A stretch of 61,758 nt of DNA from Verrucomicrobiota bacterium (GTDB lineage: Bacteria > Verrucomicrobiota > Verrucomicrobiia > Limisphaerales > UBA9464): positions 1-61,758 of the forward strand of contig JANYDN010000315.1 of the NCBI GenBank assembly GCA_025363585.1, in the 5' to 3' direction. Under the pieces are notes generated by a model. That model made no database searches and was not told the DNA's origin. It saw only the letters and a program-made list of their open reading frames with translations. Position 1 is the stretch's first letter. The number at the start of each line of letters is the position of its first letter. The position numbers were made by a program, and so were the translations under genes. This document shows positions 17,865-25,423 of the stretch, in pieces.

Positions 17865-19273
17865 GGATCCGCTTCCCCAATCCCCGCGCCGAGCGCGATG
17901 GCACGGCGTTGGTCATCGTGATGTGGATCGCGTTGGGCTTGGTGAGCATCGCGCTCTACTTCGGCAATTCGTGCGCGCTCGAGCTCAAGGCGGCGGACAA
18001 TCGCGTCGCGGCGGTCGAGGCGGAACACGCGCTGGACGGCGCCGCCCGGTACGCGATGTACGTGCTCACCAACACCGACCAACCCGGCGTCCTTCCCGAC
18101 CCGGTCACCTACCTGCGCGAGTCGGTTCCCGTCGGCGAGGCCCGGTTCTGGTTCGTCGGGCGCGACACCCGGTCGTCCCAGCCCGCGCCGGAGAAGGCGT
18201 TCTTCGGACTCGTCGACGAGTGTTCGAAACTGAATCTCAACACCGCCACCCTGGCGATGCTCACCAATCTCCCGCGCATGTCGCCGGAGCTCGCGGCCGC
18301 GATCATCGACTGGCGCGACACCGACAGCAACGTCACCGACGGTGGCGCGGAGGACGACACCTACGCGCGGTTGAATCCGCCGTACCATTGCAAGAACGCG
18401 CCGTTCGACAGCGTCGAGGAACTCCGCTTCGTGGCGGGCGCCGACATGGACGTGCTGTTCGGCGAGGACACCAATTTGAACGGCGTGCTGGACGCGAACG
18501 AAAACGACGGCCAATCGACGCTGCCGCTCGACAACCGCGACGGCCGGCTCGATCCGGGAATCCTCGAGTACCTCACCGTGTACAGCGCGCAGCCGACGAC
18601 GTTGCCGGACGGCACGGCGATGGTGAACGTCGGCGGCGCGAACGCGCTGCAAAGCGTCGCGTCGCTGCTCGGGGATCGGCTCGGCACGGACCGTTCGAAC
18701 CAGATCCTGCGGAACCTCGGCGGCGGCGGCGGTGGAGGTGGAGGTGGGGGCGGCGGCAACACGACGACGTTCCGCAGCGTCCTGGAGTTCTACATCCGGA
18801 GCCAGATGACCGCGAACGAGTTCAGCCAGATCGAGACGAACCTCGTCGCGACGGCCGCCGCGCAACCGGGCCAGACCGCGACCGCAAACAGTCCCGTGAA
18901 CGTCAACACCGCGAGCGAGGCCGTCCTGACCTGCATCCCTGGCATCGGGCTCGACTACGCCTCGCAGGTCGTGCAGTTCCGGCAGGCCAATTCCGACCGA
19001 CTCAACACCGTCGCGTGGGTCTCGGAAATCCTGCCCCGCGCCAACGCGATCCAGGCGGGTCCGTACCTGACCGGCCGCAGCTACCAGTTTACCGCCGACG
19101 TCGTTGCCACCGGCCATCTCGGCCGCGGGTACCGCCGCGCGCGCTACGTGATCGACATCTCCGGCAAGACCGCGCGGATCGTCGCGCGCCGGGATCTCAG
19201 CCATCTGGGCTGGGCACTTGGGCGCGAGGCCCGCGATCAACAACGGCTTTTGCTTACCCAGAACCAACGATGA
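17861..19273 (+). CDS. gspK: GspK-like minor pseudopilin
   Basis: GTGA overlap with the preceding stop. N-terminal TM GTALVIVMWIALGLVSIAL without a conserved Glu5. Helix-hairpin-helix-like NVNTASEAVLTCIPGIG and LNLNTATLAML, typical of GspK. Contains 13 consecutive Gly. Confidence 0.7.
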   Translation: MRIRFPNPRAERDGTALVIVMWIALGLVSIALYFGNSCALELKAADNRVAAVEAEHALDGAARYAMYVLTNTDQPGVLPDPVTYLRESVPVGEARFWFVGRDTRSSQPAPEKAFFGLVDECSKLNLNTATLAMLTNLPRMSPELAAAIIDWRDTDSNVTDGGAEDDTYARLNPPYHCKNAPFDSVEELRFVAGADMDVLFGEDTNLNGVLDANENDGQSTLPLDNRDGRLDPGILEYLTVYSAQPTTLPDGTAMVNVGGANALQSVASLLGDRLGTDRSNQILRNLGGGGGGGGGGGGGNTTTFRSVLEFYIRSQMTANEFSQIETNLVATAAAQPGQTATANSPVNVNTASEAVLTCIPGIGLDYASQVVQFRQANSDRLNTVAWVSEILPRANAIQAGPYLTGRSYQFTADVVATGHLGRGYRRARYVIDISGKTARIVARRDLSHLGWALGREARDQQRLLLTQNQR

Positions 19274-20709
19274 AGTCCTGGCCCCCCATGAAACGCCACC
19301 CCGCGGTGCTCGGCCTCGCCCTCGATGGCCGCCGTGCCGAGGCGTTGGTCGTGCGCCGCACCAATGGCTCCGTCGAGGCGGGCGACACGGTGTCGTTCGT
19401 TTTTTCCGCCGACCTCGCCACGGGCGACGTCGCGGTGCTCGGCGCGGAATTGCGCGCGCAACTCGACGCGGCCGGCATTCGCGAACGGCGTTGCGTGGTC
19501 GGGCTACCGCTCGATTGGGTGATGTCGATTTCCACGCCGTTGCCCGAGCTGCCCGAGGACGACATCGCCGCGATGCTCCAGCTCGAGGCCGAGCGCGGGT
19601 TCCCGTATTCGCCGGACGACCTGATGATCGCGCAGTCACGCTACGGGGCGCAGCCGGGTGGAGCGGGCGCGCTCCAGCTCGCGGTCGCGCTCGAACGCGT
19701 CGATCGCATCGAGCAAATCCTCCGCGCCGCGAAACTCACCGCGGTGTCCTTCACCCTCGCGTTCCCGATCCTCGCGGTGGCCTCGGCCGGATCCGCGGAC
19801 CGCGCCGTGACGCTCGCCGTCGGCGAGACCAGCGTCGCGGTGGCCATCGGCAGCGGCAAGGGGTTCGCCGCGTTGCGCACCATCGCCGGCGCGCTCGATG
19901 CCTCGGGCACCGCGCCCCTCGCGAAGGCCGACGTGGTCGCCCGCGAACTGCGCGTCACGCTCGGGCAAGTCGACGCCGGCCTGCGCGCGCGCATCGAGCG
20001 CCTGCGCATCGTGGGTGCCGGCCCGGCGGCGGATCGCCTCGCGTCGGAATTGCAGTCGAGGGCCGTCGCGCTCGGACTGGTGGTGGAACGCGTGACCGCC
20101 CCGAACCCCGCGGCGCTCGGCCTCGGGGTGCCCCCGGGCAAGGCGCTGTCGGGCGCGTTGGTCGTGGCGACCCGCCATCTCGCGGTGCAGAAGGCGGAAC
20201 TCGAATTCCTGCCGCCGCGCCTTTCGGCCTGGCAACAGTTCACGTCGCGCCATTCGTCCAAGCAACTGGCCTACGTGGGCATGGTCGCCGGCGTCGTCGC
20301 GTTCCTCGTGCTGGTGGCCTTCGCATACCAGCAGGTCCAACTCGCCAGCCTCGGCACCGAGTGGAAGGGAATGGAGAAACGGGTCGAGAACGTCACCAAC
20401 CTCAAGACGCAGATCCGGCGTTTCCGGCCTTGGTACGACGAGTCGTTCCGCACCCTCGGCGTGCTGCGGCGCGTCACCGAGGCTTTCCCCGAGGACAGCT
20501 CGGTCACCGCCAAGACCATCGAGTTCCGCGAGGCCGGGCTGGTCGTTTGCTCCGGAACCGCGCGCGACAGCGCCGCGTTGCTCAAGACGCTCGACAAGCT
20601 GCGCTCGACGACGGGCATCTCCGAGGTCCAGGTCGAGCAGGTCCGCGGGAAGTCCCCGCAGCAATTCACCTTCAATCTCCGCTGGGACAGCCTCGTACGG
20701 CAGCCATGA
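19270..20709 (+). CDS. GspL / PilM-PilN-like fusion assembly protein
   Basis: ATGA overlap with the gspK stop. Cytoplasmic actin-like domain. Single TM LAYVGMVAGVVAFLVLVAFAY. Periplasmic PilN/GspL-like ferredoxin-type domain. Confidence 0.6.
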   Translation: MKSWPPMKRHPAVLGLALDGRRAEALVVRRTNGSVEAGDTVSFVFSADLATGDVAVLGAELRAQLDAAGIRERRCVVGLPLDWVMSISTPLPELPEDDIAAMLQLEAERGFPYSPDDLMIAQSRYGAQPGGAGALQLAVALERVDRIEQILRAAKLTAVSFTLAFPILAVASAGSADRAVTLAVGETSVAVAIGSGKGFAALRTIAGALDASGTAPLAKADVVARELRVTLGQVDAGLRARIERLRIVGAGPAADRLASELQSRAVALGLVVERVTAPNPAALGLGVPPGKALSGALVVATRHLAVQKAELEFLPPRLSAWQQFTSRHSSKQLAYVGMVAGVVAFLVLVAFAYQQVQLASLGTEWKGMEKRVENVTNLKTQIRRFRPWYDESFRTLGVLRRVTEAFPEDSSVTAKTIEFREAGLVVCSGTARDSAALLKTLDKLRSTTGISEVQVEQVRGKSPQQFTFNLRWDSLVRQP

Positions 20710-21245
20710 AAATCGACTTTCGCAATCGACAGCATCTCCTCCTCTTTTTGGTCGGGGTGCTCGCCGCGTACTGGATCAGCGACAAGGTGATCATCGGGCC
20801 GCTGACCAAGACTTGGGGCGCGCGGTCGGACCGGATCAAGGAGCTGCGCACGCGCATTGCCCAGGGCAAGGAGTCGCTGAACCGCGAACGGGTCATCGTC
20901 GCCGATTGGGAACGCATGCGGACCAATGCCCTTCCTGGCGTCGTCTCTTCCGCCGAGGGCACCGTCCTCCGCGCCTTCGACCGGTGGTCGGCCGAAAGCC
21001 GCATCAGCGTCACGTCCGTGAAGCCCCAGTGGAAACATCCCGAGGACGACTACATGACCCTCGAGTGCCGCGTCGACGCCAACGGTAGCCTGTCGGCGCT
21101 GTCGCGATTCCTGTACGAGGTGGAGGCGGATCCCCTCGGCGTGCGCATCGATTCGCTCGAGCTGAGCACCCGGGAGAGCGACGGCTCGCAGTTGACGCTC
21201 GCGTTGACCGTGAATGGCCTTTATCTGAACCCGCCCCCCCAATGA
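20706..21245 (+). CDS. GspM / PilO-like assembly protein
   Basis: ATGA overlap. N-terminal TM LLLFLVGVLAAYWI. Coiled segment plus a small periplasmic domain. Operon position. Confidence 0.55.
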   Translation: MKIDFRNRQHLLLFLVGVLAAYWISDKVIIGPLTKTWGARSDRIKELRTRIAQGKESLNRERVIVADWERMRTNALPGVVSSAEGTVLRAFDRWSAESRISVTSVKPQWKHPEDDYMTLECRVDANGSLSALSRFLYEVEADPLGVRIDSLELSTRESDGSQLTLALTVNGLYLNPPPQ

Positions 21246-22066
21246 CGCTTTTCCCAGCCAAAGCCCGTTTCCTGCTGGCCGCCGCGATGGTCGCGTCGTG
21301 CGTCGCGAGCGCCGCCGAGACCAACGCGCCCCCGACCGCTTCCGCGACCAACGAGTCGGGAACCAACGCGCCGGCGGCGTCCACCACGGCGACGAACGCG
21401 CCCCCCGTGGAGTCGACGGCCGAGAAGTCGCCGGAAACGTCCGTGGAGGACAAGCCCGCCGTGGCAACCGAGGTTTCCACCAATGCCCCGGCGGCCCCGG
21501 CGCCCACCCGGATATCCGGGAAGAAGGTGGAGTTCGCCGAGTTCCGGCTCATCGGCGACCGCAATATTTTCAACCCGAACCGTTCCCCGCGTTCCAATCG
21601 CGGTGGACGCGGCGGCCCCGAGCGCAAGCCCGTCAAGATCGAGACCTTCACCCTCGTCGGGCTCATGACGTACGACCGCGGCGACGTGGCGTATTTCGAC
21701 AGTTCCGCGTCGGCTTTCCGCAAAAGCGTCCGGACCAATGACACGATCGCGGGCTATCGCGTGACCTCGCTGACGCCGACCGAGGCGAAGCTCGAGGCGG
21801 ATGGCAAGACGATCGTCGCCCACGTGGGCACGAAATTCCGGAGGACCGATGGCGGGCCGTGGGAGACGGCCGCGGCGGGCGGGACATTTTCAGTGGAGCC
21901 GAAGCCGGAAACGGCGTCGGCGGATGGATCGAAGGACGTGGAGCCGTCTTCGGACGACGCCACGGACAAGGAAACTTCGGGTGGAGGATCGGGCGGCGCC
22001 GTCAACGACGTGCTGAAGCGCCTGATGCAAAAGCGTGAACAGGAGACCAAGAATGAAAAACAATAG
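21242..22066 (+). CDS. GspC / PilP-like periplasmic secretin-interacting protein
   Basis: ATGA overlap. Signal peptide. Low-complexity T/A/P-rich linker. C-terminal beta domain FTLVGLMTYDRGDVAYFD...IAGYRVTSLTPTEAKLE. Position immediately before the secretin. Confidence 0.5.
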   Translation: MTLFPAKARFLLAAAMVASCVASAAETNAPPTASATNESGTNAPAASTTATNAPPVESTAEKSPETSVEDKPAVATEVSTNAPAAPAPTRISGKKVEFAEFRLIGDRNIFNPNRSPRSNRGGRGGPERKPVKIETFTLVGLMTYDRGDVAYFDSSASAFRKSVRTNDTIAGYRVTSLTPTEAKLEADGKTIVAHVGTKFRRTDGGPWETAAAGGTFSVEPKPETASADGSKDVEPSSDDATDKETSGGGSGGAVNDVLKRLMQKREQETKNEKQ

Positions 22067-23711
22067 TCGCCGAATCTGGCCAGTCTGCGTGTTGGCCGGA
22101 ATGCTCGCGTGGGGTGGCCTGCGCGCGGAGGACGAGCCGGTGGCCAAGGCCGCCGCCGATGCCGCCGTCGCACCCGCGCCCGCGCCCGAAACTCCAGCGG
22201 AGACCACCGCGGCACCCGTCGAGGCGCCGCCCGCGTCGAAGAGCATCCGGCTCAATTTCCGCAACGCGCCGATCGAGATGGTTCTCAACCATCTCAGCGA
22301 GGCCGCGGGATACATCATCCTCCTCGACACCGAGGTCCGCGGGAAGATCGACGTGTGGAGCAACCAGCCCGTCACCGGCGACGAGGCGGTCGGGATCCTT
22401 GAAACGGTCCTGAGCAAGAACGGCTATATCCTGCTCCACAACGGCCGCACGCTCCACGTCATCAGCAAGGACAACGCGGCCCGCAAGCCCATCCCCGTCA
22501 AGGTTGGCACCAATTTCAAGCAGATCCCGCAGAACGAGGAGATGGTCACGCAGATTCTTCCCATCCGCTACATCAGCGCCACGGGTCTCACCCAAAACCT
22601 CCAGCCGCTCCTCTCGTCGGACGCCTCGATGACCGCCAACGACGCCGGCAATGCGCTGATCCTCACGGACACCCAGGTCAACATCCACCGCATCGCAGAG
22701 ATCATCACCGCGCTCGACACGTCGGGCAGCGGTTCGACGACGATCAAGGTGTTCAAGCTCAATTTCGCCGATGCGAAGGAACTCGCCGCCGTGGTAAAGG
22801 AACTTTACCCGGTGACCGCGAACGCCGGTGGTGGCGGTGGCGGCGGGAACAATGGCGGCAACAACAATAACGGCAACCGTTTTGGCGGTGGTGGCGGAGG
22901 GTTTCCCGGCGGCGGTGGTGGATTCCCCGGTGGGGGCGGTGGCGGCGGCGGACAAGGTGGCGGCGGTGCCGGCGGCGGCCGCGGCGGTGGAGCGGGCAAT
23001 GGCTCGCGCGCCGCGTCGGCACGCGTCACGGCGGTCGCGGATGAGCACAGCAATTCGCTCGTCGTGAACGCGCCCGACGACGTCATGCCGTCGATCGAGG
23101 AACTCGTGAGGAGCGTCGACACCAACATCCAGGACGTGACCGAGCTCCGCGTGTTCCCCCTCCGTTACGCGGATCCCGGCGAGATGGCGGACCTCCTCGG
23201 CAGCCTCTTTCCCGACGACACGCGCGCCAATGACAACACCCGCGGCCAACAGGTCCGGTTCGGCGGCGGGTTCGGTGGATTCGGCGGCGGCGGTGCCGCG
23301 CGCACCGGGGCGGCATCCGGAACCGACAGCCAGCTCTCCAAGAAAAAGGGCCGGGTGCTCGCGGTCGCCGACCGGCGCACCAGCTCGGTCATCGTCAGCG
23401 CGGCGCACGACCTGATGAGCCAGATCGGCGAGATGGTCGCGAAGCTGGATTCCAACCCGGCGCGCAAACAAAAGGTCTACGTGTACGACCTTGAGAACGC
23501 CGATCCGACCCAGGTCCAGGAAGTCCTGAACAACCTTTTCGTCTCCCAGACGTCCAACCGCAGCCAGCGCTCGACGGCCAACCAGAACAGCGCGTTGTCC
23601 ACGCGCCAGACCCAGCAGACCCAAAACTCCGGCAGGACGAGTGGCAGCGGGTTTGGCAGTACTGGCGGAGGCGGAGGCGCGGGCGGCGGAGGCGTCGGCC
23701 GCGGCAACTGA
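22053..23711 (+). CDS. Secretin N-terminal half: N0 plus repeated N-domains, no pore domain
   Basis: Signal peptide MKNNSRRIWPVCVLAGMLAWGGLRA. N0-like FRNAPIEMVLNHLSEAAGY. Three complete ring-building N-domains with Gly-rich loops. A fourth first-half KVYVYDLENADPTQVQEVLNNLF is followed by a Q/S/G-rich tail and the stop at 23709-23711. Confidence 0.75.
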   Translation: MKNNSRRIWPVCVLAGMLAWGGLRAEDEPVAKAAADAAVAPAPAPETPAETTAAPVEAPPASKSIRLNFRNAPIEMVLNHLSEAAGYIILLDTEVRGKIDVWSNQPVTGDEAVGILETVLSKNGYILLHNGRTLHVISKDNAARKPIPVKVGTNFKQIPQNEEMVTQILPIRYISATGLTQNLQPLLSSDASMTANDAGNALILTDTQVNIHRIAEIITALDTSGSGSTTIKVFKLNFADAKELAAVVKELYPVTANAGGGGGGGNNGGNNNNGNRFGGGGGGFPGGGGGFPGGGGGGGGQGGGGAGGGRGGGAGNGSRAASARVTAVADEHSNSLVVNAPDDVMPSIEELVRSVDTNIQDVTELRVFPLRYADPGEMADLLGSLFPDDTRANDNTRGQQVRFGGGFGGFGGGGAARTGAASGTDSQLSKKKGRVLAVADRRTSSVIVSAAHDLMSQIGEMVAKLDSNPARKQKVYVYDLENADPTQVQEVLNNLFVSQTSNRSQRSTANQNSALSTRQTQQTQNSGRTSGSGFGSTGGGGGAGGGGVGRGN

Positions 23712-23752
23712 TCCAACCAACCTTCATGTCCAATCTTCAGGGAAACCCAACC

Positions 23753-24994
23753 ATGAGATTCAATACCCGACCCCGTTCGGCCGCGCCGATCGCGTTGTGT
23801 CTGGCCGCGCTCGCGGCCGTGCCGGCCTTCGGCCAGGGCAACTTCGGCGGTGGCGCCGGCGGTGGTTTCGGCGGCGGCGGCGGCGGCGGTGGCGGCAACC
23901 GCGCCGGTTCCGGCGGCACCACCCGCCAGTATCCGAACAACACCCAGGTCGGCGACGCCATGATCTCGATCGATCCGGAAACCCGGAAGATCATCGTCAT
24001 CACCGACGACGAGACCAACGTCCAGATCGGCGACGTGATCAAGAGCCTCGATCACCCGCGCCCGCAGGTCCTCATCAAGGTCGTGTTCCTCGAGATCACC
24101 CACAACAATGGCTCGGACATCGGTGTCGAGGGTGGATGGACCAAGGGCGTCGGCGGCGGCAACACGCCGAGTGTCGGCAACGTTTTCGGCCTCTCCGGCC
24201 TCAACAACGCCGCGTCCAACAACATCCTCAACTCGCTCGGCCAGCCGATCTCCAGCTTCAGCCCGACGCCTCCCGGCGCCGGCCTTTACCAGATGCTTGG
24301 CTCCGACTACCAGGTCGCCCTCCGAGCCATCGCGACGGCCGGCAAAGCCGAGATCCTTTCTCGCCCGTCGATCCTCGCCCGGAACAACCAGCCGGCCACC
24401 ATCTCGCTCGGCCAGCAGGTGCCGTTGGTCAGCAACACCCGCTTCGACGCGGTCAACGGCCAGATCAACACCGTCACCTACCAGAGCGTCGGCATCATCC
24501 TCCGCGTCACCCCGTTCATTGGCAGCGATGGCATGGTCGAGATGATCGTCTCGCCCGAGACGTCCTCGCTCGCCGACAAGTCGTTCTGGGTGCCGATATC
24601 GAAGGACGCCCTCGCGCCGGTCATCAACTCGCGCGTCGCCGACACCGTCGTCGTGGTGCCCGACGGCCAGACCGTGATCATCGGCGGCCTGATGTCGAAC
24701 GAGGTGACCGAGTCCGAAAGCAAGATCCCGTTGCTGGGCGACATCCCGTGGATCGGGAACGCCTTCAAGCGAAAGCAAAAGCAGAACACGAAGACCGAGC
24801 TGATGATTTTCCTCACCCCGCACGTCGTGGCCGCGCCTGGCCAACTTGCCAACCTCACGGCCGAGGAACGCGCGAAGGGGACGCTCAAGATGAACTCGAT
24901 GAGCGAGCAGCAGCTCGACAAGTTCCTCGAGACGATCCCGCTGAAGGGCGATCCCAACGCCGTGGATCCCGACAAGAAGAAGAAAAAGAAGTAG
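23753..24994 (+). CDS. Secretin C-terminal half: second half of an N-domain plus the secretin pore domain
   Basis: Own signal peptide MRFNTRPRSAAPIALCLAALAAVPAFG|Q. Gly-rich tract, then AMISIDPETRKIIVITDDETNVQIGDVIKSLD. Secretin motifs ILSRPSILARNNQPATISLGQQVP, VVVVPDGQTVIIGGL, KIPLLGDIPWIGNAFK and TELMIFLTPHVV. The alternative start is 23726. Confidence 0.8.
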   Translation: MRFNTRPRSAAPIALCLAALAAVPAFGQGNFGGGAGGGFGGGGGGGGGNRAGSGGTTRQYPNNTQVGDAMISIDPETRKIIVITDDETNVQIGDVIKSLDHPRPQVLIKVVFLEITHNNGSDIGVEGGWTKGVGGGNTPSVGNVFGLSGLNNAASNNILNSLGQPISSFSPTPPGAGLYQMLGSDYQVALRAIATAGKAEILSRPSILARNNQPATISLGQQVPLVSNTRFDAVNGQINTVTYQSVGIILRVTPFIGSDGMVEMIVSPETSSLADKSFWVPISKDALAPVINSRVADTVVVVPDGQTVIIGGLMSNEVTESESKIPLLGDIPWIGNAFKRKQKQNTKTELMIFLTPHVVAAPGQLANLTAEERAKGTLKMNSMSEQQLDKFLETIPLKGDPNAVDPDKKKKKK

Positions 24995-25012
24995 CCAGTC
25001 GGCCGGCCGGAG

Positions 25013-25056
25013 CCCCGTTGCCGCGAGTTTCACGCGGCGGCGGGGTTTTTCATTTT
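25013..25056 (+). terminator. Rho-independent terminator of the secretion operon
   Basis: 13-bp stem ccccgttgccgcg / cgcggcggcgggg (two G-U pairs), 7-nt loop, then tttttcatttt. Begins 19 nt after the secretin stop. Confidence 0.75.
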
Positions 25057-25128
25057 CGTGGAGTGGCCGCCGTTGTTCGTGGAGTGGCCGACTTGTTCGT
25101 GGCCGCCGTCGTTCGTGGCCGCCGTCGT
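25055..25128. repeat. Short tandem repeats
   Basis: The 21-mers ttcgtggagtggccgccgttg and ttcgtggagtggccgacttg are followed by ttcgtggccgccgtcg x2. Confidence 0.7.
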
Positions 25129-25204
25129 GAGACGGTGGAAAGAAGCGATGCAGCTCCCCGAAAGCAACGCAGGCGAGGACGCCCGCGGCGGCGCGCCGAG
25201 GAAT

Positions 25205-25345
25205 GGCAGCATGATGTAGAGCGGCCGTCCCCGGCTGCGCAGAAAAGCACCGTCCCCGGTGCGTCTCGTCTTGCCGCGACTTGCGGGGCACGGGCGAGGA
25301 CGCCCGTGATCTGCGCAGGCGGGGACGCCCGCTCTACGCCGCGCC
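25205..25345. repeat. REP-like element, family A, inverted orientation
   Basis: ctgcgcagaaaagcaccgtccccggtgcgtctcgtcttgccgcgacttgcggggcac is the reverse complement (few mismatches) of the unit at 29672-29728. It is followed by gcaggcggggacgcccgctctacgccg. Confidence 0.75.
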
Positions 25346-25423
25346 CCCCAAAGGTGCGATTGCCAGCCGTCGTCCTCGGGGCCTTACTGGCCGCATGATT
25401 CCCCGCGCGGTTCCCGGAACGCC

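Noticed and set aside
23650-23800. The possibility that the two secretin ORFs are one gene broken by a sequencing frameshift.
   Set aside because: The second ORF begins with a complete n-h-c signal peptide and an AFG|Q cleavage site. The first ORF ends in low complexity, and there is an AT-richer 41-nt spacer between them. A simple frameshift would not create a signal peptide. This still needs read-level confirmation.
25242-25263. A terminator-like hairpin on the minus strand inside the inverted REP unit.
   Set aside because: No minus-strand gene reads into it. I interpret it as a passenger of the inverted repeat copy rather than a functional terminator.
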